A DNA stretch of 40,325 nucleotides from Kofleriaceae bacterium (GTDB lineage: Bacteria > Myxococcota_A > Polyangia > Haliangiales > Haliangiaceae), in NCBI GenBank assembly GCA_046597055.1, contig JBKJLC010000260.1, forward strand, positions 1 through 40,325, written 5' to 3'. The position numbers and the translations under genes were made by a program. The notes beneath the pieces were generated by a model. The model was not told the DNA's origin, did no database searches, and saw nothing but the letters and a program-made list of their open reading frames with translations. Of this stretch, positions 15,283 to 24,218 are shown piece by piece (position 1 is the stretch's first letter; each line of letters starts with the position of its first letter).

Positions 15283-17142
15283 ATGAAAGTTTGTCCAAAG
15301 TGCGGGGGCCAGTTCGGCGACGACGCCAACTTCTGTACCGTCGACGCCGGTCGACTGGTTTCGATGACGGCAGAAGCGGCTGGACCGACGTCGGCGGCGC
15401 CCGCCGCGCGGAGTGATCTCCTCGGAGGCCGGTTCGAGCTCGGTGACCGCGTCGGCGGCGGCGCGACCGGCGCGGTCCACCGCGCGATCGATACCCAGAG
15501 CGGAACCGCGGTTGCGGTCAAGCTGGTGTCGCCCGCGGTCGTCGCGCAACCGACCCTCGCGCAACGGGTCGAGCGCGAGCTCAAGCTGCTCGAGAAGGTC
15601 GATCACCCGGCGGTCGCGCGTGTGCTGGGGTCGGGTCGCCACGGCGATCAGCTCTGGTTCGCGATGGAGTGGCTCGAGGGAGCGACCCCGCTCCCCGAGT
15701 TCGTGCCCGAGGGCGGCGTCGAGGCCGAGCGCGCGAGCGATCTCACCGTCGCCATCGGCGGCGCCCTGGTCGATGCCGCCAAGGTCGGCGTCGTCCACCG
15801 CGATCTCTCGCCCAAGAACGTGCTGATCGTGGGCGGCGCGGTGAAGCTCATCAACTTTGCAGTGCCGGTACCCGGTGAGAAGGTCGCGGGGGCGCCGAGC
15901 TTCCTGTCGCCCGAGGCGATCGAGGGCAAGCCGATCGATCAGCGGTCGGCGACCTACTCGCTGGGCGCGATGTACTACTACCTGCTCACCGGGCAGCCGC
16001 CGTTCACCGGCGACGCCCAGACCGTGCACGCCGCGCATCTGGCCGGCGCCGCGGTGCCGCCGTCGCAGCGCGCCGCGGTCGCGGCCGATGTCGATACGCT
16101 GGTCGGGCGGGCCATGGAGCGCAAGCCGACCCAGCGCTTCCTGACCCTGCGCTCGTTCATCGACGACATCGAGAAGGTCAAGAAGGGGCCCGACGGCGGG
16201 ACCGGGTCGACCGCGCCGTTCGGCCGGGTCGGCAAGAAGCCCAAGGAGCTCGCGGCGACCATGCTGGGGCTCGGGCCGATGCCCGGCGCCGAGCTCGCGA
16301 CCCGGCAGATGGATGTCGAGATGCCGCCCGAGGCGCTGCGCGAGGCGGCCGCGCTCGGCGCGGCGGCCGCGGCGGGTGCTCGCAAGCTGCCGGCTGGATC
16401 GCCGACGCTCAAGCAGATGAACGCCGCGCCCCCGTCGGCGGCGACCGCGCCACCCGCGATGGCGGCGCCGGTGCCGGCGGTCACGACCACGCCCGGCTAC
16501 CCGGCGGGTCCCGCCCAGGCGCTGGCGGCCGCCGCCGGCGTCGCGCCGCAGCCGGCGCCGGCCGGGGCTGCGGGCTCGCCGTGGGCACCGCCCGCGGGCG
16601 CGGCTCCCGGCCAGGTGGCCCCGACCGCGCAGGCGGCGCCCCATGCCGGCCTGGCGGCGCGCGCGGCGGCACCCCTGGCGGCGGCGCCACCGGTCCTCCA
16701 TGCGCCGGCGACCAGGAGCACCGGGCCTGCCAGCCAGCCCGGCGGCAAGAAGAAGCCCGAGGTGCGCGAGAAGAAGGCGTCGAAGGGCAAGTTCCGCGAG
16801 ACGATGTGGTTCAAGAAGGGCGATCTCGACGCCGCCGCGGCCGAGCATGCCGCGGCCGACAAGGAAGGCACCGCGGTCGACAAGGCCGACCTGCTGCCGA
16901 TCGAGGAGCGTTACGGCGATGACGGGTCGATCACGACCACCGATGCCGAGCGCTACAGCCTGAAGACCGGCCAGACGACGACGATGCCTGCCATTCGCGA
17001 CCAGCCCCAGGCGCGGTCGGGCAGCGTCTCCGAAGACGAGCTGATCGGCGAGATGAAGGGCGGCCGCAAGCCGATCCTCGTCGTGATCGTGGTCGCCGTG
17101 ATCGCTGCGATCGTGATTGCTGTCGTGCTCTCGATGGTGTGA
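15283..17142 (+). CDS. Hanks-type Ser/Thr kinase-like protein (probable pseudokinase) with N-terminal Zn ribbon, Pro/Ala linker and C-terminal TM anchor
   Basis: MKVCPKC..FC; GGGATGAV, VAVK, HRDLSPKN, SPE; DFG position reads NFA; terminal hydrophobic helix. Confidence 0.85.
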   Translation: MKVCPKCGGQFGDDANFCTVDAGRLVSMTAEAAGPTSAAPAARSDLLGGRFELGDRVGGGATGAVHRAIDTQSGTAVAVKLVSPAVVAQPTLAQRVERELKLLEKVDHPAVARVLGSGRHGDQLWFAMEWLEGATPLPEFVPEGGVEAERASDLTVAIGGALVDAAKVGVVHRDLSPKNVLIVGGAVKLINFAVPVPGEKVAGAPSFLSPEAIEGKPIDQRSATYSLGAMYYYLLTGQPPFTGDAQTVHAAHLAGAAVPPSQRAAVAADVDTLVGRAMERKPTQRFLTLRSFIDDIEKVKKGPDGGTGSTAPFGRVGKKPKELAATMLGLGPMPGAELATRQMDVEMPPEALREAAALGAAAAAGARKLPAGSPTLKQMNAAPPSAATAPPAMAAPVPAVTTTPGYPAGPAQALAAAAGVAPQPAPAGAAGSPWAPPAGAAPGQVAPTAQAAPHAGLAARAAAPLAAAPPVLHAPATRSTGPASQPGGKKKPEVREKKASKGKFRETMWFKKGDLDAAAAEHAAADKEGTAVDKADLLPIEERYGDDGSITTTDAERYSLKTGQTTTMPAIRDQPQARSGSVSEDELIGEMKGGRKPILVVIVVAVIAAIVIAVVLSMV

Positions 17143-17208
17143 CCCGAGGGGCTGGGGTCCGATCCCGGCACCGCGTCGAGCCGCCCGAGCGTCGCGGAGC
17201 GAGGTGGC

Positions 17209-18201
17209 TCAGGACGGGAGCGTGGCGACCAAGGTCGTCACGCGGCGCTCGACGGCGCGGGCGGCCAGCCGCGCCGACAGCTCGGCGACCGGCACGGTCT
17301 CGACCAGCCTGCTCAGCTCGATGTCGCCGCGGACGGCGAGCGCGGCCAGCTCGGGCACCAGATCGGGATGGCAGCCGGCGACGCCGGCCAGGGTCACCTC
17401 GTGGCGCAGCGCGCCCAGCGGCGTCAACCCGGGCTCGGCGCGGCCGGGGCCCGTCGCCACCACCACCACCGCACGAGGACCGGCCGCGAGCAGCGCAGCC
17501 GGCAGCAGGTCGGCATCGGTGACGATCACCTTGCGCGGGCGCCCGCCGTGATCGCGCAGCGCTGCGGCGACCGCGCTCGGCTCGGCGGCGACCGTCGTGA
17601 AGTCGGCGCCGGCGACCGCGGCCAGCGCGGCGTCGTCGGTGGCGACCACCGCGGGCGCGGCCTTGGCCGCGAGCAGCACCGCGCACAGCCGGGCCAGCGT
17701 GCCGCGGCCCCAGACCACGGTCGGCTCGCGCGGCCCGGTCCCGACCCGGGCATACAGCGCGTACGCGAGCGCGAGCTCGCCGCCGAGCCCGGCCGCGAGC
17801 GGGCCGGGCAGAGCGAGCGGGCCCTCGAGCCGGCACAGCCAGCGGGCCGCGGCCGTCATGCGGGTCGCGAGCGCGCCCGGTCCGTCGATGCCGTGGGCGG
17901 CGCCGGTCGGACACGAGACCACGCCACCGCGCCGGCACAGGTCGCACTCGCCGCACGGCGCGAACGATGGCACCAGCACGCGCGCGCCGAGCCACTCGTC
18001 GGCAGCCGCGCCGACAGCCACCACGCGGCCGACCGCCGCCACGCCCGGGACCCGACCGACCGGCGTCGCTGCCCACGGCTCGATCGCGGCGGCCTCGACC
18101 GCGACGACCACGCGACCGTCACCGGGCAGGGCATCGGCGAGCTCGAGCTCGGCCAGGCCGAACGGGTCGTGGGTGCGGCGCCACGCTCGCGGGTTCGTCA
18201 T
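17209..18201 (-). CDS. Zinc-binding medium-chain dehydrogenase (MDR)-like protein, degenerate
   Basis: CGECDLCRRGGVVSC structural zinc motif; GroES-like N-terminus; C-terminal GCHPDLVPELAALAVRGDIEL; catalytic Cys and GHE motifs absent. Confidence 0.7.
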   Translation of the reverse strand: MTNPRAWRRTHDPFGLAELELADALPGDGRVVVAVEAAAIEPWAATPVGRVPGVAAVGRVVAVGAAADEWLGARVLVPSFAPCGECDLCRRGGVVSCPTGAAHGIDGPGALATRMTAAARWLCRLEGPLALPGPLAAGLGGELALAYALYARVGTGPREPTVVWGRGTLARLCAVLLAAKAAPAVVATDDAALAAVAGADFTTVAAEPSAVAAALRDHGGRPRKVIVTDADLLPAALLAAGPRAVVVVATGPGRAEPGLTPLGALRHEVTLAGVAGCHPDLVPELAALAVRGDIELSRLVETVPVAELSARLAARAVERRVTTLVATLPS

Positions 18202-18267
18202 GGACGCGCTCCGCTGACTGCATCCGCCCGCGGGCCGGCACCCGCCGGCCTGCGATCTGGGCGCAGG

Positions 18268-18852
18268 TCAGGGCAGGTCGTCATCAGGATCGCGGCCGGT
18301 GGTGGGCCCGCTGTCGGGCGACCACGGCTTCGGCTCGGGCCACGACGGCCTGTCCGACGGTGGCGGGGTCGCGCCCATCTGGGTCGCCTCGCGCTCGTCG
18401 TCCTCGTCGGCCAGCGTGGTCACGCCATGGCGTGGCGCGCTGCCTCCGAACGCGACCGCGAAGTCCGAGCCCTCGTTGTCGTAGACGTCCTGGGAGTCAT
18501 CGACCACCTCGGCGTCGATCAGATCCTCGGCGCCCTCGTCGAGCGTCTCGATCGGCGTGTACGCAGCGACCGGTGGCGGCGCGACCCCGAACAGCGTCGA
18601 ACGGCCGCTCGGCGGTGCCGTCGGCGGCGCCGTGCGCGGCGCGGGCGCGGCATAGGCCGGCGCGGGCGCGGCGTAGGCCGGCGCGGGCGCGGCGTAGGCC
18701 GGGGCGGGCGCGGCGTAGGCCGGGGCGGGCGCGGCATAGGCCGGCGCCGCTCCGGTCCGCGGGGTCGCCGCGAACACCGGGGTCACGATCGGAAGGCCGT
18801 TTTGCACCCGCCAGCGCTGGAGCGCGGCGGCCAGCTCGTCGTACGCGATCAT
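18268..18852 (-). CDS. Hypothetical low-complexity protein (short N-terminal helix, AYAAPAP repeats, acidic tail)
   Basis: Only the 3' end of track ORF 18268..21045 is plausible; ATG at 18852 (MIAYDELAAALQRWR) with TGcTATCGT 7 nt upstream. Confidence 0.7.
   Translation of the reverse strand: MIAYDELAAALQRWRVQNGLPIVTPVFAATPRTGAAPAYAAPAPAYAAPAPAYAAPAPAYAAPAPAYAAPAPRTAPPTAPPSGRSTLFGVAPPPVAAYTPIETLDEGAEDLIDAEVVDDSQDVYDNEGSDFAVAFGGSAPRHGVTTLADEDDEREATQMGATPPPSDRPSWPEPKPWSPDSGPTTGRDPDDDLP
18637..18741. repeat. Coding tandem repeat, 5 x 21 bp
   Basis: Unit cgg(c/g)gcgggcgcggc(a/g)taggc at 18637, 18658, 18679, 18700, 18721; encodes (AYAAPAP)5 on the minus strand. Confidence 0.95.
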
Positions 18853-18969
18853 CGTACCGACGATAGCACCGGTCGCAACCCGGCGGCGCCGCGCGGGACC
18901 GGCATCGTCGCCGGGGCTGCGCGTAGTCACGCCATCAGGACACCCGCCACGCCGTGCTAGAAGTCCTCG

Positions 18970-19743
18970 ATGGCCGCCCCCGCGCCGATCCGCGTGCTTC
19001 GTTCGTCGATGATCCCGAGCGGCCCCGGCGGGTTCGTCCACGGCTTCCCCGAGCGCACCGGCGGGATCTCGACCGGGGCGCGGGCCTCGCTCAACCTCGG
19101 CTACCGGTGGGGCGACGATCTCGACCGCGTGATGGAGAACCGCGCGCTGCTCGCCGCCCACGAGGGCTTCGCACTGGCTGACCTGCAGGTCACCCGGCAC
19201 GTCCACGGCATCAACGTGTGGCGGGTCGGCGAGGCGGCGCCCGAGCCCCACGAGTTCGACGGCCTGGTCTGCGATCGGGTCGGCCCGGTGCTCGGTGCGT
19301 TCGCCGCCGACTGCGTCCCGATCGTCTTCGCGGACCCGGTCGCGCGGGTGTGCGGCGCGGCCCACGCCGGCTGGCGCGGCACGGTCGCCGGGGTCGCCGA
19401 GCGGGTGGTGGCGCGCATGGGCGAGCTGCGGTCGCGCCCCGACGATGTCCGGGTCGCGCTGGGGCCGTCGATCGGGCCGTGCTGCTTCGAGGTCGGCCCC
19501 GAGGTCGCCGCGGCGTTCCGCGACCGCTACCGGGACGCGCCCGGGCTGATCGTGGCCGGACCCAGCAAGGAGCACGTCGACCTGCGAGTCGCGCTGGTGC
19601 TCGCGCTGACCGAGGCCGGCGTCCGGCCCGAGCACGTCGACGCCGCCCCACCGTGTACGCGGTGCGACCCCGCGCGGTTCTTCTCGTACCGTCGAGACGG
19701 CGCCCTCGGCGGCGTGCACATGGGCTTCATCGGTCTGCGGTAG
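18970..19743 (+). CDS. pgeF: YfiH/PgeF-family protein (purine nucleoside phosphorylase / peptidoglycan editing factor)
   Basis: SLNLG, HVHG, ADCVPIVF, AAHAGWRG, GPSIGPCCFEVG, CTRC, FFSYRRD. Confidence 0.93.
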   Translation: MAAPAPIRVLRSSMIPSGPGGFVHGFPERTGGISTGARASLNLGYRWGDDLDRVMENRALLAAHEGFALADLQVTRHVHGINVWRVGEAAPEPHEFDGLVCDRVGPVLGAFAADCVPIVFADPVARVCGAAHAGWRGTVAGVAERVVARMGELRSRPDDVRVALGPSIGPCCFEVGPEVAAAFRDRYRDAPGLIVAGPSKEHVDLRVALVLALTEAGVRPEHVDAAPPCTRCDPARFFSYRRDGALGGVHMGFIGLR

Positions 19744-19791
19744 GGCCGTTCGGGGCGAGTCCGCGCGGCGCTGGCGTATACTCGCCCCGGC

Positions 19792-21156
19792 ATGCGGCAG
19801 AGCACGAGGGACAGCCAGCTGGACGCCGGCGGTGACGGCGGAACTGGCGCCGGCGTGCTGGTGGTGTGGAGCGGCGACACGCCGCGGCTCCTGACCCTGC
19901 GGGTCCCGGCCGGCGGGCTCATCCTCGGCCGCGACACGCTGGCCGAGACCGGCGACGATCGGCTGTCGCGCCAGCACGCGCGCATCCGCTGGAATGGCGC
20001 CCGGTTCCAGGTCACCGACCTCGGCAGCCGCAACGGCACGTTCGTCGGCGGCTCGCTGGTCGCCGATGGCGAGGTCACCGCGCTGCCGCCGGTGGTCGTC
20101 CGGACCGGACGAACCATCAGCATCCTCTGCTCCGACATCGGGCGCTACGAGGGCGCCACGGTCACCGCCGACGGCGCCGTGATCGGGCCGACCGTCCGCC
20201 CGGCCTGGGACGCGGTCACGGCCGCCGCGCGCGAGGGCACGACCCTGCTGCTCACCGGCGAGCGCGGCACGGGCAAGACCCTGGCCGCGCGCGCGTTCCA
20301 CGCCGCCTCGGCTGCGACCGGCGCGCTGGTCGCGATCGACTGCGCCACGATCCCGCCCGGCACGGCCGAGCGCCTGCTGATCGGTACGCGCGCGACCACC
20401 GGCGGTGACGCCGACGTCGACGGCTACCTGGCCGCGGCGGCCGGCGGCACCCTGTTCCTCGACGACATCGCCGCGCTCGACCTGTCGGTGCAGGCCGCCC
20501 TCCTGCGCGTGTTCGAGAGTGGCGAGCTGCGCGCGCTCGGCGCGTCGCGGCCGCGGCCGGTGGCGATGCACGTGGTCGGCTCGACCCACCACGACCTGCG
20601 CGCCGAGGTCCTGGCCGGCCGCTTCTCGGGCGAGCTGCTCGAGTGGCTGGGCCGTCCCGAGGTGCGTCTGCCACCGCTGCGCGACCGGGTCGAGGATATC
20701 GCGTGGCTGGTCGCGGCGGCGGTCGGGCCGTCGGGGCTCCCGGCCCACCCGAGCCTGGTCGAGGCGTGCCTGTTGCGACCCTGGCCGGGCAACGTCGGTG
20801 AGCTGGCCGGGGAGGTCGGCCGCGCCGCCCACGCCTCGGTCGAGGCTGCGCGCAAGGCGGTCCGCACCGAAGACCTCGACGGCGCCGCCGGGCGCCTGAT
20901 CGCGAGCGGCGAGCTGCAGACGCTCGGGCCCAACTCGGCGGTGCGGACGCGGCCGCCGACCATGCCCGACCCGGCGACGATCGTCGCCGTCCTGCGCGCC
21001 GAGAGCGGCAACCTCGGCCGCGCCGCCCGCCGACTGGGGCTGCACCGCACCCAGCTGGAGCGGTACATCGCCACGTCTCCCGAGGCCGCCGCGCTGGTCA
21101 CCGCCGAGCCCGGCGACGACGATGACGAAGACGTGGCGCCTGGCACGATCGCGTAG
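19792..21156 (+). CDS. FHA-domain protein with degenerate sigma-54-activator AAA+ domain and HTH
   Basis: FHA motifs LGR, SRQHA, DLGSRNGT; Walker A GERGTGKT; WPGNVGEL; HTH AARRLGLHRTQL; GAFTGA absent. Confidence 0.85.
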   Translation: MRQSTRDSQLDAGGDGGTGAGVLVVWSGDTPRLLTLRVPAGGLILGRDTLAETGDDRLSRQHARIRWNGARFQVTDLGSRNGTFVGGSLVADGEVTALPPVVVRTGRTISILCSDIGRYEGATVTADGAVIGPTVRPAWDAVTAAAREGTTLLLTGERGTGKTLAARAFHAASAATGALVAIDCATIPPGTAERLLIGTRATTGGDADVDGYLAAAAGGTLFLDDIAALDLSVQAALLRVFESGELRALGASRPRPVAMHVVGSTHHDLRAEVLAGRFSGELLEWLGRPEVRLPPLRDRVEDIAWLVAAAVGPSGLPAHPSLVEACLLRPWPGNVGELAGEVGRAAHASVEAARKAVRTEDLDGAAGRLIASGELQTLGPNSAVRTRPPTMPDPATIVAVLRAESGNLGRAARRLGLHRTQLERYIATSPEAAALVTAEPGDDDDEDVAPGTIA

Positions 21157-21186
21157 CGGTCGCGCCGCCCGGCCCGCCGCGGCTCG

Positions 21187-22752
21187 TCAGCGCAGCTCGA
21201 TGCCGTACTGGGGCAGGATCTCGCCGGTGAGGCCCGCGATCGCGGTCGCCGCCCGGTGCCAGTCGATCACGGCGCGGACCGAGCGCAGCTGGGCGGCGCG
21301 CAGCTCGTCCTGACGGATCAGAACCTCGACGTTGCGCGACTTGCCGAGCGACAGCCGGTCCTTCTCGACCTGCAGGTTCTGCTCGGCGAGCTCGACCGCC
21401 CGCGCCGCGATGACGTAGCGGCGCTCGGCGACCTGAACCTGCGCGACCGCACGCGCGACCGCAGCGACGATCTGCGACCGCACGTCGATCATCGACACCC
21501 GGATCGACTCGCGCCGCGCGCGCTGGCCGCGCGCCACGGCCCGCGCGGCGCCCCGGCCCCAGGTGGAGTTGTACTCGAGCGCGCCGCTGGCGGCGTACTG
21601 GTCGAAGGTGACCATCTCCTTGGCGGCGGTCAGCGGCCCGTCGGCGGAGCCACTGGGACCGAACGACAGCTGGAGGTCGAGCGACGGCAGGATGCCGTTC
21701 TCGTTCACCTCGACCTGGATGGTCGCGCCCGCCTCGAGCGCCGCGAACCGCGCCAGCTCCGGGCTGGTCAGGAGCGCCTGCTCGATCAGCGCGTCCTGCT
21801 GCCACGACCGCGCGGGGATCGCGAGGTCACCGGTCGACGCCAGCAACATGTCGCCACGCGCGACCGGCAGCTGGACCAGCTGGCGCAGCGTGAGCGACTG
21901 ATCGAGGACCGCCAGCTCGCCGGCCAGCACGTCCTCCTCGCGGGTCGCGATCGCCTGGTCGACCGGGATCAGCTCGGCCCTGGCGACGCCGCCGCCGCGG
22001 ATGCCGGCCTGGGTGACCCGCTGGCGCTCCTGGGCGAGCCCCAGGCTGGCCCGTCGGATCTCGAGATCGCGCTCGGCCGCCACCAGGTCGAGGTACGCCA
22101 GCACGACCTGGCGGACCGCGTCGATCGCGGCGCCGCGCGAGGCCACCTTGCTGGCGTCGCGCTGGGTCGCGGCGGTCCGCTCGGCCGCGTGCACCAGCGC
22201 CGCGCCGCGGCCGGCGAGCAGCGGCTGGGTGAGGGTCGCGGTGACCGACTCGCTGTACGTGCTCGTGATCCCGAGCAGATCGCCTGGATCGAAGCTGCGT
22301 CCGCGCCGCCAGGTGCCGTCCGCGCTCACGCCGATGGTGCCGCCGGTCGCGAGCGGGCGGGCCAGGCTCGCCGACAAGTTGACGTTGTCCTCGCGCGCCT
22401 TGCTCTGGCTCGAGTAGGCGGTCGAGCCCTCGGCGCGGGCGCGGATCGCCCACTCCGACCAGGCCTGGGCCTGCGCGATCTGCGCCTCGGCGACCTCGAT
22501 GTCGATCTTGGCCTGGGCCAGCGCCGGCGCCTGCCGGATCGTGAGCTGGAGAATATCGGCGAGCGAGACCGACTTGGCGGGTCCCGACACGTCGGCGAGC
22601 AGCGGCGCGGTGGGGGCGGGCGCGGCGGCGCCACCGCCGCCGGGCTGATCGGCGCGCGCCAGTCGCGCGCGCGACCAGTCGAGGAGCGGATCGGCCGTCG
22701 CGGTTCCGGTGACGAGGAAGAGCGAGAGCGCGGGCAGCGTACAGAGGCGCAT
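21187..22752 (-). CDS. TolC-family outer-membrane efflux protein
   Basis: Signal peptide [47 protein letters not shown] and two-repeat coiled-coil organisation. Confidence 0.88.
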   Translation of the reverse strand: MRLCTLPALSLFLVTGTATADPLLDWSRARLARADQPGGGGAAAPAPTAPLLADVSGPAKSVSLADILQLTIRQAPALAQAKIDIEVAEAQIAQAQAWSEWAIRARAEGSTAYSSQSKAREDNVNLSASLARPLATGGTIGVSADGTWRRGRSFDPGDLLGITSTYSESVTATLTQPLLAGRGAALVHAAERTAATQRDASKVASRGAAIDAVRQVVLAYLDLVAAERDLEIRRASLGLAQERQRVTQAGIRGGGVARAELIPVDQAIATREEDVLAGELAVLDQSLTLRQLVQLPVARGDMLLASTGDLAIPARSWQQDALIEQALLTSPELARFAALEAGATIQVEVNENGILPSLDLQLSFGPSGSADGPLTAAKEMVTFDQYAASGALEYNSTWGRGAARAVARGQRARRESIRVSMIDVRSQIVAAVARAVAQVQVAERRYVIAARAVELAEQNLQVEKDRLSLGKSRNVEVLIRQDELRAAQLRSVRAVIDWHRAATAIAGLTGEILPQYGIELR

Positions 22753-22885
22753 ACGGCGGCTACGTTTGCGGGGCATTGGCGGAGGTGTCAACCGATGGCG
22801 GCGGCGCTTCATTCTTCCCGTGTCCACCAAAGCCGACGTGGTCACACCAAACGCCACTCATCCGGTGGTAGGGTCGTCTCCCGCC

Positions 22886-23524
22886 ATGGCGACGGTGCTC
22901 CGTACCTACTGCTTCCTCGACGCGATGCAGCCGCAGCTGGCGACCTTCATCGCGAAGACCGCCCGCGGCTTCCTGCCGGTGCCCGGTCAGGCCTCGCTGT
23001 GGGTCGAGATCTCGCCCGGCATCGCGATCAACCAGGTCACCGACGCTGCGCTCAAGGCAACCCGGGTTCAGCCCGCGGTCCAGGTGGTCGAGCGCGCGTA
23101 CGGCCTGCTCGAGGTCCACGACCACGACCAGGGCGAGGTGCTATCGGCCGGCGCCACCATCCTCAGGCACCTCGGGGTCGCCGAGACCGACCGGCTCAAG
23201 CCCAAGGTGCTCACCAACCAGATCATCCGGGGCGTCGAGGCCTACCAGACGCAGATCATCAATCGCACCTCGCAGGGCATGATGATCCTGCCCGGCCAGT
23301 CGCTGTTCATCCTCGAGACCGAGCCGGCTGGCTACGCGGTGCTCGCGGCCAACGAGGCCGAGAAGGCCGCGCAGGTCTATCTCATCAATGTCACGCCGTA
23401 TGGCGCGTTCGGGCGCCTGTACATGTCCGGGACCGAGGCCGACGTCGATGCCGCGGCCGCAGCCGCGATCGGCGCGATTCGCGCGGTCGCCGGCAAGGAA
23501 CCCGAGAAATTCGTCGATCGGTGA
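22886..23524 (+). CDS. Microcompartment shell protein, tandem-domain BMC-T (CcmP/CsoS1D-like stacked trimer; HO BMC-T2-like)
   Basis: [57 protein letters not shown]; very close to the H. ochraceum BMC-T2 sequence as recalled. Confidence 0.95.
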   Translation: MATVLRTYCFLDAMQPQLATFIAKTARGFLPVPGQASLWVEISPGIAINQVTDAALKATRVQPAVQVVERAYGLLEVHDHDQGEVLSAGATILRHLGVAETDRLKPKVLTNQIIRGVEAYQTQIINRTSQGMMILPGQSLFILETEPAGYAVLAANEAEKAAQVYLINVTPYGAFGRLYMSGTEADVDAAAAAAIGAIRAVAGKEPEKFVDR

Positions 23525-23604
23525 CAATCCGTGATTAGTGACCGGTGGCGGCGCCCACCAGCGCCGCGGCCCGCTCACCGTTTGTGCCCACGTCTGTTCG
23601 TGTG

Positions 23605-23610
23605 AAGGAG
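23605..23610 (+). promoter_or_regulatory. Strong Shine-Dalgarno for the BMC-H gene
   Basis: AAGGAG 7 nt upstream of ATG 23618. Confidence 0.8.
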
Positions 23611-23617
23611 CAACTCG

Positions 23618-23911
23618 ATGGCTGACGCTCTGGGAATGATCGAAGTCAAAGGCTTCGTCGGCATGGTCGAAGCCGCCGACGCGATGGTGAAGGCGGCGAA
23701 GGTCGAGCTGGTCGGATTCGAGAAGACCGGCGGCGGCTACGTGACCGCGATCGTGCGTGGCGACGTCGCCGCGGTGAAGGCCGCGACCGAGGCGGGCCAG
23801 CGCGCCGCCGAGCGGGTCGGCGAGGTCGTCTCGGTCCACGTGATCCCGCGGCCGCACGCCAACCTCGACGCGGTCCTGCCGCTCGGGCGCGCCGGTACGC
23901 CGCAGAAGTAG
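23618..23911 (+). CDS. Microcompartment hexameric shell protein BMC-H (EutM/PduA/CcmK family)
   Basis: [48 protein letters not shown]. Confidence 0.98.
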   Translation: MADALGMIEVKGFVGMVEAADAMVKAAKVELVGFEKTGGGYVTAIVRGDVAAVKAATEAGQRAAERVGEVVSVHVIPRPHANLDAVLPLGRAGTPQK

Positions 23912-23912
23912 C

Positions 23913-24200
23913 ATGGTCCTCGGCAAGGTCATCGGGACGCTGGTCGCGACGCGCAAGGAGCCGACCCTCGAGGGGGTCACGCTCCTGGTCGTCCGCGCCT
24001 GCGACGTCGACGGCACGCCGACCGGCGGCGCGGTGATCGCGGTCGACGCCGTCGGCGCCGGCGTCGGCGAGGTGGTGCTGTACTGCTCGGGGAGCTCGGC
24101 GCGCCAGACCCAGGTCACCAAGGACCGGCCGGTCGACGCGACGATCATGGCAATCGTCGACCAGGTGACGGTCGGCGACGCCGCCCGCTACACGAAATAA
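23913..24200 (+). CDS. Microcompartment vertex protein BMC-P (EutN/CcmL family)
   Basis: [42 protein letters not shown]. Confidence 0.97.
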   Translation: MVLGKVIGTLVATRKEPTLEGVTLLVVRACDVDGTPTGGAVIAVDAVGAGVGEVVLYCSGSSARQTQVTKDRPVDATIMAIVDQVTVGDAARYTK

Positions 24201-24218
24201 GGCCGAGGAGGACGAGTC

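Noticed and set aside
17209..18201. MDR protein as the microcompartment's alcohol dehydrogenase
   Set aside because: No encapsulation peptide, catalytic ligands missing, 4.7 kb away on the other strand; metabolosome ADHs are usually iron-type.
18637..18741. 21-bp repeats as a possible CRISPR array
   Set aside because: No spacers, in-frame coding repeat, no cas genes.
18853..21045. Upstream part of the 925-aa minus-strand ORF
   Set aside because: Antisense shadow of pgeF and the FHA-bEBP gene; stop codons are rare at this GC content.
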